Positions 1 to 8,953 of a stretch of 64,000 nt of DNA are shown piece by piece. Location: the IMG/VR virus record IMGVR_UViG_3300037307_000895; one strand, 5' to 3'. The notes under the pieces are model-generated. The model had not been told where the DNA came from and did no database searches. It saw nothing but the letters and a program-made list of their open reading frames with translations. Numbering within the stretch: position 1 is the first letter of the stretch; each line of letters starts with the position of its first letter. The DNA is from an uncultured virus (IMG/VR IMGVR_UViG_3300037307_000895) (Duplodnaviria; Heunggongvirae; Uroviricota; Caudoviricetes). Position numbers and translations under genes: made by a program.

Positions 1-146
1 GTATGACTATTATTCCTTTGGAAATATTCGAATCCAACGGTAAATTTAAAATCAAAATAAGCTTAGCTAAAGGTAAAAAACTTCACGATAAACGAGAGTC
101 AGTCAAGAAGAAAGAAATGGATAGAGAAATTAAAAATTACACATAA
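1..146 (+). CDS. smpB: SsrA-binding protein SmpB, C-terminal part (partial)
   Basis: Frame from nt 3 reads [44 protein letters not shown], the typical SmpB C-terminal tail; not in the ORF track. Confidence 0.85.
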   Translation, partial: MTIIPLEIFESNGKFKIKISLAKGKKLHDKRESVKKKEMDREIKNYT

Positions 147-147
147 T

Positions 148-510
148 ATGCACAGAGAAGACAATTCAAAATATCTACTTTTTATTGAGCCGAAAAAAGA
201 AGATAAATTAAAAGAACCCATTAATGACGAACTAACACAAATGATGGAAATGGCTCTTTCTAAAGCAGAAAGAGGAGTATCTATGTACTCTTCTAAATCC
301 GACAATGGAAATTTTAGAAAAGGTATAGGGTTTAAAGGATTCCACACAACAGATTGTGGTGAAAGGTCAGCATCAACAGATTTTTTATTAGAAAATGGAA
401 TGATAACTAATTCATTAGCTCCTTTCTATTTAAGATGGTATAGATATTCTATACCCGAATCCGAAATGATTAAAGTAAAAAAATTAAAAGAATACTATGA
501 AAATAATTAA
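148..510 (+). CDS. hypothetical protein
   Basis: 120-aa ORF directly after smpB. Confidence 0.6.
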   Translation: MHREDNSKYLLFIEPKKEDKLKEPINDELTQMMEMALSKAERGVSMYSSKSDNGNFRKGIGFKGFHTTDCGERSASTDFLLENGMITNSLAPFYLRWYRYSIPESEMIKVKKLKEYYENN

Positions 511-827
511 ATGGTTTGAATGGATTTTTGATTTTTACATCGCACACTTTCTATATAACGAAAGAAAACTATACAGATATGATCGTTATATGAAAGAAAA
601 ATGGGGTGATAAATATACTAAAATTAAAGACTAAACATAGACTTCAATTTAGTCCAAAAATTTTTTAATAAAGATACAGAAGCCTTTATTATTTGTTTAT
701 CATTAATCCAAATATCTGCAACTAAAATAACCGCAAATATAATACCTAGTAATTTAATCATAATTGTAATTTATTTTCGATATATATTAGATATAAAAAA
801 AGAATTTAGTCTAAATATGGAAAAATT

Positions 828-857
828 TTTGGTTTTTTAAACTTTTTTGTATCTTTG
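828..857 (+). promoter_or_regulatory. Bacteroidetes-type promoter (-33 TTTG / -7 TAnnTTTG)
   Basis: TTTG 828-831, TATCTTTG 850-857. Confidence 0.55.
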
Positions 858-1177
858 TGTTATAAATAACAACTCGACACTTGATTTATTAGAAAATAAA
901 TTAAGATAATAAAGGTAGAGTGTCAGAGCTTTATGATGGTAAGTAGTGACGAAATAGGCTTCTACTTCTCCAAGTCGAAAATTCACGAACCATCAAAATG
1001 TAAATTTAATAATTATATTAAATGAAACGGAGAAGGGGTTTAAGTAATATTAGTGGCATCGTTACTTATTATACCTATTAAGATGGATGTCACATTTTAG
1101 AAAAAATTCCCCCTAATTGAAAAATTAGGGGGAAATTTACTAAAAGAGAGAATAAAAAGTTAATATATAAAAAAAGA

Positions 1178-1209
1178 TTTGGTGGATTCAAAAAGTCACC
1201 GTATCTTTG
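1178..1209 (+). promoter_or_regulatory. Bacteroidetes-type promoter of the His/Phe/Trp tRNA operon
   Basis: TTTG-N20-TATCTTTG; near-identical copies at 21323 and 23753. Confidence 0.75.
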
Positions 1210-1242
1210 TGAAACAAATAAACAAATAAAAATATAATAGTC

Positions 1243-1341
1243 ATGTCATACGTTAGCAAACATAAACATTTTAGTAAGTTCCATTTTTGGTTTATCACCA
1301 AGAGTTCAGGAGCTATTGCTGATTTGTTTTATGACGAATAA
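1243..1341 (+). CDS. attenuator leader peptide (His/Phe/Trp-rich)
   Basis: MSYVSKHKHFSKFHFWFITKSSGAIADLFYDE; contains GAGTTCAGG complementary to the terminator 5' arm. Confidence 0.8.
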   Translation: MSYVSKHKHFSKFHFWFITKSSGAIADLFYDE

Positions 1342-1366
1342 CGTGATTTAACAAAAGTAATAGGTG

Positions 1367-1398
1367 AAACCCTGAACTCAAAAAGTTCAGGGTTTTTT
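1367..1398 (+). terminator. intrinsic terminator (attenuator)
   Basis: AAACCCTGAACT-caaaa-AGTTCAGGGTTT then T tract. Confidence 0.85.
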
Positions 1399-1409
1399 AT
1401 TGCTAAATT

Positions 1410-1592
1410 TTGATGATTATGAAAACAATAAAACTAATCGCGAAAGCGAAGTTGAATATAAAGTCTCTCAAGGAAAAAAATAATAAATCAGAACTTCTGA
1501 TTGAAGAAAGTTGGTTAAAGTATCTTGAGAACAAAAGAAGAGAAGAGATAAAAGATAGGTCACTTATCATAGATAAAATACCTGTCATGTAA
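1410..1592 (+). CDS. small hypothetical protein
   Basis: 60-aa ORF between the attenuator and the first tRNA. Confidence 0.4.
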   Translation: MMIMKTIKLIAKAKLNIKSLKEKNNKSELLIEESWLKYLENKRREEIKDRSLIIDKIPVM

Positions 1593-1595
1593 TAT

Positions 1596-1686
1596 GGTGT
1601 CGTTGGTCCGAGTGGTCGAAGGAATCTGGCTGTGAACCAGAATGAGTGAACAACAAACAACACGGGTTCGAACCCCGTACGACACC
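1596..1686 (+). tRNA. tRNA-His(GUG), encoded G-1, long variable region
   Basis: GTGTCGT/ACGACAC acceptor, TCTGG-CTGTGAA-CCAGA, TTCGAAC T-loop. Confidence 0.85.
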
Positions 1687-1692
1687 CAAAAT

Positions 1693-1764
1693 GGAGACGG
1701 TAGCTCAGAGGGTAGAGCAACGGCAGAAAACCGTGTGTCGTTGGTTCGATTCCAGCCCTCTCCA
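1693..1764 (+). tRNA. tRNA-Phe(GAA)-like, atypical
   Basis: 4-bp anticodon stem ACGG-CAGAAAA-CCGT, A33, bulge in acceptor stem. Confidence 0.6.
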
Positions 1765-1774
1765 CGAAACATAA

Positions 1775-1847
1775 GGTGCGGTATCTCAGTTGGTAGAGCG
1801 TGGGCCTGAAGAGCCCAGCGTCGGCGGTTCGAATCCGTCCCGCACCA
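1775..1847 (+). tRNA. tRNA-Phe(GAA)
   Basis: GGTGCGG/CCGCACC, TGGGC-CTGAAGA-GCCCA. Confidence 0.9.
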
Positions 1848-1857
1848 CTAAAAATAT

Positions 1858-1933
1858 GGTAAACAAGCTAACTTAGTAGAAGCGTTGGTCTGAAAAACCA
1901 AAGGATCCAGAGCGTAACTGGAGTTTACCACCA
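1858..1933 (+). tRNA. tRNA-Phe(GAA), non-canonical T-loop, encoded CCA
   Basis: GGTAAAC/GTTTACC, TTGGT-CTGAAAA-ACCAA, TCCAG-AGCGTAA-CTGGA. Confidence 0.75.
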
Positions 1934-1938
1934 AATAT

Positions 1939-2013
1939 GGAGTTTGTAGCTTAGTTGGTTAAAGCGTCAGTTTGTGGCACTGAAGAGCGTGGGTTCGAAT
2001 CCCATCAAACTCC
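1939..2013 (+). tRNA. tRNA-His(GUG), encoded G-1
   Basis: GAGTTTG/CAAACTC, TCAGT-TTGTGGC-ACTGA. Confidence 0.9.
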
Positions 2014-2021
2014 CAAAACAT

Positions 2022-2105
2022 ACGGGCACTCAAGTGGTGTGACACGCAGACTCCAAATCTGTCCTGATGGTTAAAGTGTTGTGGGTTCGACTCCTACTGT
2101 CCGTG
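2022..2105 (+). tRNA. tRNA-Trp(CCA), atypical D and variable regions
   Basis: ACGGGCA/TGTCCGT, GCAGA-CTCCAAA-TCTGT. Confidence 0.75.
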
Positions 2106-2111
2106 CTAAAT

Positions 2112-2182
2112 ACGGGTATGGTGTAACGGTAACATTACGGTCTCCAAAACCGCAGATCTAGGTTCGAATCCTGGTACCCGTA
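2112..2182 (+). tRNA. tRNA-Trp(CCA)
   Basis: ACGGGTA/TACCCGT, CGGT-CTCCAAA-ACCG. Confidence 0.9.
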
Positions 2183-2195
2183 CAAATAAATAATT

Positions 2196-2918
2196 ATGAG
2201 ATATTTAATAGGCATACAACCAACAGGTAAACTCACAATAGGCAACTATTTAGGTTGTTTAAAGAAGGGTTTGAGGCTTCAGGAAGAAGGTCATGATGTA
2301 ACCTTTTTAATAGCCAACTATCACTCTTTAACTACTGATAGTTACACTGATGTGACTGAACAAGAGTTGAGAAGACTTGGTTGTAAGAATATTAAAAGAC
2401 AGACTCCTGAATATACTGAGTTATTTTTCAAGTTATCTTGTAAATTAAACTTGGGAACATTGTTAAAAATGCCTCAGTATAAAGATAAAAAGGATGATGT
2501 AGAATTTGATTTAGGTTTATTATTATATCCTGTTTTAATGGCAGCTGATATCATAATAAATGACCCTGATGTAGTAATTGTAGGTAAAGATCAAGTGGCT
2601 CACTTAGATTTGTGTAATGACATTTCTAAGAGGTTCAATGGTAAATACTACAAATATGAAATGGGTGATGTTGATAAGATTATGTCTTTAATTGACCCAA
2701 CAAAAAAAATGTCAAAATCTTTGGGTGAAAGGCATGTTCTTTATATCTTTGATGAAAATTATGAGGCGAAGATAAAAAAGGCAAATATGAATGAGGAAGG
2801 AACAGAAAATATAAAAAAGATAGGATTAGGAATTGGAGTAGATGTAGAAAAATATACAATGAATGTAGACTTGAAAAAGGCTATATCAGAAAAAATGAAT
2901 GAATTGTTTAATATATAA
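2196..2918 (+). CDS. trpS: tryptophanyl-tRNA synthetase (compact, 240 aa)
   Basis: GIQPTGKLTIGNYLG (HIGH-like), YPVLMAADI, VGKDQ, KMSKS. Confidence 0.93.
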   Translation: MRYLIGIQPTGKLTIGNYLGCLKKGLRLQEEGHDVTFLIANYHSLTTDSYTDVTEQELRRLGCKNIKRQTPEYTELFFKLSCKLNLGTLLKMPQYKDKKDDVEFDLGLLLYPVLMAADIIINDPDVVIVGKDQVAHLDLCNDISKRFNGKYYKYEMGDVDKIMSLIDPTKKMSKSLGERHVLYIFDENYEAKIKKANMNEEGTENIKKIGLGIGVDVEKYTMNVDLKKAISEKMNELFNI

Positions 2919-2921
2919 TTC

Positions 2922-3275
2922 ATGAAAATTAGAAAGGTATTTGAGTTAGTAGATTATGAGGAAGTAGATTTATGGAGACCGATAGGACAATATTGGAAAA
3001 CTAATGAAATGGATTCCGTGGAAATAAAAAAATTGTGTAAAATTTTTCCACAATTAAGAAAGCCACATGAAAATGAAAAAGGGTTTACGGTTAAAACTAA
3101 ACTCATTTATGATAGTAAGGATGGTAGAGTGGATATAGATATATTAAAAAATGATGATGAATGGTTTTTTGTTAAGGTTATAAAAGGTGATGTGTTATAT
3201 GGTAAAACAAATTACTATAAATGTGACCAATTTGAAGGATTAATAAAATTAATAAAAGAAAAAATTATAAAATGA
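2922..3275 (+). CDS. hypothetical phage protein
   Basis: N-terminus MKIRKVFE; C-terminal YYKCDQFEGL; TAATATATA upstream. Confidence 0.6.
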   Translation: MKIRKVFELVDYEEVDLWRPIGQYWKTNEMDSVEIKKLCKIFPQLRKPHENEKGFTVKTKLIYDSKDGRVDIDILKNDDEWFFVKVIKGDVLYGKTNYYKCDQFEGLIKLIKEKIIK

Positions 3276-3331
3276 CAAACATTAAAAACATAAAGAAAAC
3301 TAAAAAACGAATACGAGTGGTTCGATGGTAA
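3272..3331 (+). CDS. attenuator leader peptide (Lys-rich)
   Basis: MTNIKNIKKTKKRIRVVRW; ATGA overlap with the upstream stop; GAGTGGTTCG pairs with the terminator arm. Confidence 0.75.
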   Translation: MTNIKNIKKTKKRIRVVRW

Positions 3332-3351
3332 GATATTGCCTAAACGGTAAT

Positions 3352-3389
3352 AACCCGAATCACTCTAAAAAGATGATTCGGGTTTTTTT
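3352..3389 (+). terminator. intrinsic terminator (attenuator)
   Basis: AACCCGAATCA...TGATTCGGGTT plus T tract. Confidence 0.85.
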
Positions 3390-3393
3390 ATTT

Positions 3394-3487
3394 GCTCTCG
3401 TTCGCTTAGTCAGATCCAAAGCAGCTGGCTTTTAACCAGCAGAGGTAACCAAGTCCTCGACCGTAGGTTTGAATCCTACCGGGAGCA
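3394..3487 (+). tRNA. tRNA-Lys(UUU) with long variable arm
   Basis: GCTCTCG/CGGGAGC, GCTGG-CTTTTAA-CCAGC, GAGG/CCTC variable stem. Confidence 0.8.
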
Positions 3488-3497
3488 CAAAACATAT

Positions 3498-3571
3498 TCC
3501 CCCGTAGCAAACAGGTTGTATTGCAACGGTCTTTTAAACCGTAGGGTCTGGTTCAATTCCAGACGGGGGAA
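3498..3571 (+). tRNA. tRNA-Lys(UUU)
   Basis: TCCCCCG/CGGGGGA, ACGGT-CTTTTAA-ACCGT. Confidence 0.9.
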
Positions 3572-3572
3572 C

Positions 3573-3660
3573 TAATCTAGGAGTTGTGGGTTCGAGTCCC
3601 ACCAGGCCCACAAATTTTTTAAAATGGGCTTGTAACTCAACTGGCAGAGTACTAGACTTT
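3573..3660 (+). tRNA. circularly permuted tRNA, probably Lys(UUU): 3' half 3573-3610, 5' half 3626-3660
   Basis: Joined halves give GGGCTTG/CAGGCCC, ACTC/GAGT, CTAGA-CTTT|TAA-TCTAG and GTGGG-TTCGAGT-CCCAC. Confidence 0.75.
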
Positions 3661-3732
3661 GGATTCATATGATAATGGTTAGTCAATTCGGCTCTTACCC
3701 GAAGAGTCTCGGTTCGAATCCGAGTGGATCCA
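3661..3732 (+). tRNA. tRNA-Lys(CUU)
   Basis: GGATTCA/TGGATCC, TTCGG-CTCTTAC-CCGAA. Confidence 0.88.
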
Positions 3733-3771
3733 CTGTTGTATAGGTAGAGTGCCTTTCTTAATATATAGTAT

Positions 3772-4644
3772 ATGAGAAGGCACTATAGTGATATATTTTT
3801 AAGTAAAATAGATTGGGTTGAGATTCAATCATTTTATGATGAAGGAAATTTTTATAACGATATAATAAAAAAATTTAATGTTAAAAGTAATGTATTAAAT
3901 GAGGCGATAAAACTTGGACTCATAAAAATGAGAACATTATCAGAATCAATAAGGATGTCCAAAAGAAGAAAAACATATAAACATACACAAGAAACAAAAG
4001 ATAAAATATCAAAAATAAGAAAAGAATATTTAGAAAAAAATCCAAATAAAGTTCCATATTTACTCAACCACAGTAGTAAAGAATCGTATCCAGAAAAATA
4101 TTTTACAGAAGTATTTGAAAAAGAGAAAATAGAAGTTGTTAAAAAACATAGAGTTAAATTATATGAATTAGATTTTTGTATTTTAGATAAAAAAATTGAT
4201 ATAGAAATAGATGGGACACAGCATTATTATGATAAAAAAATTGTAGAAAGTGATAAAAAAAGAACAAAATTTTTAGAAGATAATGGTTGGGATGTTATAA
4301 GAATAGATTGGAGAAAATATCAAAAACTAGATAAGCTTAATAAAGAACTATTCATCAAAAATTTAAAAAATTATATTAATGAGTTATCAATTAATAAACC
4401 AATAATTACTATAATGCAAAAAAAATCAAATGTGGTTGAATCATTATGTATATGCGGAAAACCTAAAAAGTTAAAGTCAAAAAATTGTAATAAATGTAGG
4501 GGTATTAACGATAGAAAAGTTAATAGACCGTCACATGAACAACTATTACAAGAAATAAAAGAATTGGGATATTGTGGTACTGGTAAAAAATATGGAGTGA
4601 GTGATAACGCAATTAGAAAATGGATAAAAAGTTATAATAATTAA
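3772..4644 (+). CDS. DUF559/Vsr-like (PD-(D/E)XK) putative homing endonuclease with C-terminal HTH
   Basis: YELDF..IDIEIDGTQH..D.KR..FL...GW.VIRI; NUMOD-like HTQETKDKISK; KYGVSDNAIRKW. Confidence 0.75.
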   Translation: MRRHYSDIFLSKIDWVEIQSFYDEGNFYNDIIKKFNVKSNVLNEAIKLGLIKMRTLSESIRMSKRRKTYKHTQETKDKISKIRKEYLEKNPNKVPYLLNHSSKESYPEKYFTEVFEKEKIEVVKKHRVKLYELDFCILDKKIDIEIDGTQHYYDKKIVESDKKRTKFLEDNGWDVIRIDWRKYQKLDKLNKELFIKNLKNYINELSINKPIITIMQKKSNVVESLCICGKPKKLKSKNCNKCRGINDRKVNRPSHEQLLQEIKELGYCGTGKKYGVSDNAIRKWIKSYNN

Positions 4645-4657
4645 TTATATTTGTATT

Positions 4658-4894
4658 ATGGAAAACTTAGAATTAATAAGAGAACAAATAATGTCACATC
4701 TTTCAGATGATTACAGAACTATATGGATACAAAGACATGCTCGTTCAGGACAAAGAGATATTTTGATAACTTTATTTCCACATGGTTTTGGTCAATATAG
4801 AATAGTTACACTTCGTAACCTTTCTGAAATAACATTTGAAGAAATCTTTTCAAGACTTCAAAGAGAACTTTCTGTTGTAGATATTAATATATAA
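4658..4894 (+). CDS. hypothetical protein
   Basis: ORF track; TATATTTG upstream. Confidence 0.5.
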   Translation: MENLELIREQIMSHLSDDYRTIWIQRHARSGQRDILITLFPHGFGQYRIVTLRNLSEITFEEIFSRLQRELSVVDINI

Positions 4895-4897
4895 TTA

Positions 4898-5338
4898 ATG
4901 AAATATCTACAACACATAAAGTCATTTTTCACTAAAAATAAGATGGATGATAATAAATTTGAAAGGATTCTTATCGAGTTAAAGAAATATATTGATGAAA
5001 AATGTCCAAGTGAATTAGTAATAGGCGCATCAAAACTGCGAAAGGAAAGATTCACAACTCAATTGAATTTTAATGTTAATGAAATTAAAGTAACGAATAA
5101 TCGAACAGAAGGTAAAATCGAAATCAATTTAATACAGGATGATAATAATTTTATAACAATAGAAATTCAATATTCAAACTATAAATTTGATATGATTACA
5201 TGGAAAGATTTTATAGTAATAAATAAAGAGAAAATGTTTTTTTATTCTCTTAAAATACAACACGGTCAAGAAGACTCTTTATTTGAAGATATTAGAAACT
5301 TTTTTGATGAACGAAACTTATTTGGTAAAATTATATGA
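4898..5338 (+). CDS. hypothetical protein
   Basis: ORF track; TAATATATA upstream. Confidence 0.55.
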   Translation: MKYLQHIKSFFTKNKMDDNKFERILIELKKYIDEKCPSELVIGASKLRKERFTTQLNFNVNEIKVTNNRTEGKIEINLIQDDNNFITIEIQYSNYKFDMITWKDFIVINKEKMFFYSLKIQHGQEDSLFEDIRNFFDERNLFGKII

Positions 5339-5586
5339 AAGTAATTTGTATAAATCCAGTTTATGTTGATGAACAACTTATAAACCTTTATGAAGTTGGT
5401 AAAATTTATGATGCTAAATATTTATTTGATAGAGTTTTAATATCAGATAATGAGGTTATAGAATTTGAATGGTCTGTCTATTGTGCTCCTCATAATCATT
5501 ATCAATTTACTGATAAAGAATTTAATCAATATTTTAAAGATATTACAAAGTGTAGAGATGAAAAAATTAATATTATACTCAATTAA
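5335..5586 (+). CDS. hypothetical protein with C-terminal RDEKI..IL tag
   Basis: ends RDEKINIILN. Confidence 0.6.
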   Translation: MKVICINPVYVDEQLINLYEVGKIYDAKYLFDRVLISDNEVIEFEWSVYCAPHNHYQFTDKEFNQYFKDITKCRDEKINIILN

Positions 5587-6725
5587 TATATTTTGTAAAT
5601 TTTTCTATCCCTTTCTTCTCCAACACAAATGAAATTTTCCTTTTTTGTATTTTCCATAATAAATTTAGCAAATTCTTGATGGTTATAATTTACATAGGCG
5701 CCCACCATTTGTGGTTCATTGATGTCATGAAATTGAATAAACATCTCTTTAAATGTTAGTGATTGCAAAAAATCTATCAATTTATTAAATTCCTCTTCAG
5801 TTTTGAGAAAGTGATGAAAGATATTTAAGGCGACAATAATATCATAATTTCTATTATCTAAATTAAAAACATTATCATCAAATACTCTAAATTTCATATC
5901 ATAAGAACTTTTAAGATGTTTCATAACACCTAAGAATGTTTTATCATTTTCGACAGCAGTAGCATCCATACCATCTAATTCACTTCTGTAACAAATATGT
6001 CCGAATAAACTTCCTATATCAACAATTGACTTACTATCTTCAAATTTATTTGATTTTATTATTTTATATCTTTCGTCAGACCACATAGGGACCAATTCGT
6101 CAAAGTCTGGATGTGGTAAGGGTTGATATGTCTTTCCTTTCCAGAAATTATTACACATAGTAAAAATATAATCTCGATAGTCTTCCCATAGTTTATGTCT
6201 AACATAAACCTTAACCGGCACACTTTTCAATCCGAGTATTTTAGCAATTGATAATCTATGTGTTCCATTATTACAAAATATAAACTCTCCATTTCTATCT
6301 ATAGCAACATATATATCATCGGTTATCATATCTTCTGTCAAAAACCTATCTAACCTATTTGAGTCCAAATCAATTTGGGGTTTAATTCCCTCATCTTTAA
6401 TAATGCTATATAATTCGATTATTTCTTGTTCCCTTTTTATTAAATCTGATTCTGTCTTACAATACCACTGAGGAATGCCATTATTTATATTCTTGATCAT
6501 GTGGAAGTATAATTCTGTATCCTTCCATTTTACATTATTAACTATCAAATCATTAATCGATTTAAATATTATAGAATCATCAAAATTAAAATAATTTCTA
6601 TCCCAATCTCCATCTAAGACATATGGGTGTGATTTAATATCAAAATTAATTCTTGATATTTTTTTTATCTTAGATGGATCAACATATAATATTTTATCCC
6701 AGTTTACTTGTCCCATTTTTAACAT
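5583..6725 (-). CDS. ParB-like domain plus class I SAM methyltransferase fusion
   Basis: NGTHRLSIAKILGLKSVPV; SIVDIGSLFG; YDIIVALNIFHH. Confidence 0.7.
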   Translation of the reverse strand: MLKMGQVNWDKILYVDPSKIKKISRINFDIKSHPYVLDGDWDRNYFNFDDSIIFKSINDLIVNNVKWKDTELYFHMIKNINNGIPQWYCKTESDLIKREQEIIELYSIIKDEGIKPQIDLDSNRLDRFLTEDMITDDIYVAIDRNGEFIFCNNGTHRLSIAKILGLKSVPVKVYVRHKLWEDYRDYIFTMCNNFWKGKTYQPLPHPDFDELVPMWSDERYKIIKSNKFEDSKSIVDIGSLFGHICYRSELDGMDATAVENDKTFLGVMKHLKSSYDMKFRVFDDNVFNLDNRNYDIIVALNIFHHFLKTEEEFNKLIDFLQSLTFKEMFIQFHDINEPQMVGAYVNYNHQEFAKFIMENTKKENFICVGEERDRKIYKIY

Positions 6726-8847
6726 ATTCTTTTTTTAGTATTTGAGGTTTATCGATCACCTCATCACTTTTTATAAAGTTGAATTTTTCTATAGATAATA
6801 ATTGTTGTGTCTTTTCGAAATTTTCATCTTTTATCATAAAATTCTTTTCTCTTTTTCTAATTAAATTATTGGATGATATACTACTAAAAGCACCCATAAG
6901 TGCATATAAGTTAATGTCAATTGGATTATTTCTAAAAATTTGTAAAAGCTTAGACGGCAATTCGCTAAGCCAATCATATTTGAAAACTTTCCATTTTTCC
7001 ATTAAATCAAAATATCTCTCAAATATTAATTCATTTGTCCATTTGGGACTATGTTGCCCAACAACTTCTCCAAAGAGAAGTGTTTCGTATCCATCGTTTT
7101 GTAATCTCATCATCTGATCCACCTCACAGGATATAATTTCCAAATTATATGGGTAATTCCTTAATATATTATGCTTATACCCTTTAATTCCATATATATT
7201 GAAATCTAAATGTATATCTCTTAATTTAAAAGCTACATTACAGATATTATCATCACTACTTTTTATAGATTCATAAATTGTTTCAATAGAATTTTCCTCT
7301 AATATCATATCCTCATCAACTTGTATATAATATTCGGTTTCACAGGTATCTATCATCTCTTGGAATGCCTTTGACATTGGAGCTACATTAACAACTTCTT
7401 TAATATTAAAAATACAATTTTGATTTTTTAAAGCATTTAAACAATCTGAATAGTTAGGATTTTCACCAGATCTAATAATAAAAACAGTTAAATCTTTTTT
7501 CAAATCTCTTTTATTTAATCCTAAAAAGAAATCAGCAAATTTCATTGCAGTTTTCTTATAAGTAAAATCTTTTAAAATAACTTCTCTAGCCTTTTTGCCA
7601 ACTTCTTTACATTTAGATCTATTCTTTTTTAATTTTTTTAAGATTTTAACAAAGTCATTTTTATTTTTACCCGTAAAACAAGGTATTAACTTAGACAATT
7701 CATTATTATTTCTTATTAACATAGGAACTTCACACAATCCAGCTTCTAAAAATGTTTGCGGACCTCCTTCAAAATCGCTAAAATTTATACAAACGTCCGC
7801 TTTATTATATTCATTAACAAGTTCCGAATTTGGCATATTAGTACAAGTAATTAATTTAACTCCTGCTTCCTTACATATCCACTGAATATCTTTATAATTT
7901 TTTACTTTTCTGTTTTTATTACCAACAAATATGGCAGTAAATTCAACATTTTTGACATTTTTTATAGGATAAAACAATTCTTCATTGGTGGCATCAGTAA
8001 TAACTTCATATCTAAAATCATCATTTTTTACCTCACTAAGTATTGAATTTTTAAGATAGTCATTAGCGAATATTCCTCCCCTACAATCAGAAAACATACT
8101 TCCCAATTTTGCCACATTATAGTATTCGTTTTCTAACCAAAATGCAGAATAACATCCTCTTATTACATTTTTTCTGTTCAAAACTTTTTCTTCTGCTTCA
8201 AAAAAAACATAAATATAGTCCCATTCATCATAGTTAATTATATAACTTCCTCTTGAAATGTCAATTATATATGCTATTTCATATTTTATTTTATCGGGAT
8301 ATGGATTATAATTTATAATAGCATTTGCTATATTATCAAAAGCCCATCCCTTAGTATCAGGAATAAGTAATATTTTTAATCTATCATCTTTCTCTTCAAC
8401 TACCATTTGAATATTATCTATATTCTTTGGTTTTTCAACTTTCTTTGATTTTATTTTACGAATAACATATTCAATGAATTTAATATTTGACTCAAATGGA
8501 TTAATAATTCTTTTAAAGAAATAAAAATTATTTTCAGATCTTATTACATCGTTTTTATATGTTTTTTTACATTCGTATAAAATAATGTCATTTATTTCAT
8601 AATCGGGTCTAATATAAATAAAATAATCTTCCCTATGTAATTTCTTTAAATAATTTACAAATTCGATATTAGAATAATTTTTATTGAATACTTTAATTTT
8701 GTTAATATTAGATAACTTATTATCATTAAAGTCAGAACAGACGGATATTCCAGTAACTAGCTTACTTTCTGAGATTTTTCTTAAATTATTTAGAATTTTA
8801 TCGTAATCTTCAATATCGCTACGAACAATTTTAGTTATTACTACCAT
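6694..8847 (-). CDS. glycosyltransferase (GT4-like plus GT-A-like domains)
   Basis: SDFEGGPQTFLEAG (GT-B) and YIQVDEDMIL (DxD). Confidence 0.75.
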   Translation of the reverse strand: MVVITKIVRSDIEDYDKILNNLRKISESKLVTGISVCSDFNDNKLSNINKIKVFNKNYSNIEFVNYLKKLHREDYFIYIRPDYEINDIILYECKKTYKNDVIRSENNFYFFKRIINPFESNIKFIEYVIRKIKSKKVEKPKNIDNIQMVVEEKDDRLKILLIPDTKGWAFDNIANAIINYNPYPDKIKYEIAYIIDISRGSYIINYDEWDYIYVFFEAEEKVLNRKNVIRGCYSAFWLENEYYNVAKLGSMFSDCRGGIFANDYLKNSILSEVKNDDFRYEVITDATNEELFYPIKNVKNVEFTAIFVGNKNRKVKNYKDIQWICKEAGVKLITCTNMPNSELVNEYNKADVCINFSDFEGGPQTFLEAGLCEVPMLIRNNNELSKLIPCFTGKNKNDFVKILKKLKKNRSKCKEVGKKAREVILKDFTYKKTAMKFADFFLGLNKRDLKKDLTVFIIRSGENPNYSDCLNALKNQNCIFNIKEVVNVAPMSKAFQEMIDTCETEYYIQVDEDMILEENSIETIYESIKSSDDNICNVAFKLRDIHLDFNIYGIKGYKHNILRNYPYNLEIISCEVDQMMRLQNDGYETLLFGEVVGQHSPKWTNELIFERYFDLMEKWKVFKYDWLSELPSKLLQIFRNNPIDINLYALMGAFSSISSNNLIRKREKNFMIKDENFEKTQQLLSIEKFNFIKSDEVIDKPQILKKEYVKNGTSKLG

Positions 8848-8887
8848 CAGTATTATATATAATTTTTTATACTTTTCTTAAAATTTT

Positions 8888-8918
8888 TTTGGTATAATTA
8901 AAAAAAGTCGTATCTTTG
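8888..8918 (+). promoter_or_regulatory. Bacteroidetes-type promoter of the Ser/Arg tRNA operon
   Basis: TTTG-N19-TATCTTTG; TAATATATA also at 8941. Confidence 0.75.
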
Positions 8919-8953
8919 TGAAAACAAGAGAATAAAAATATAATATATAAGTT

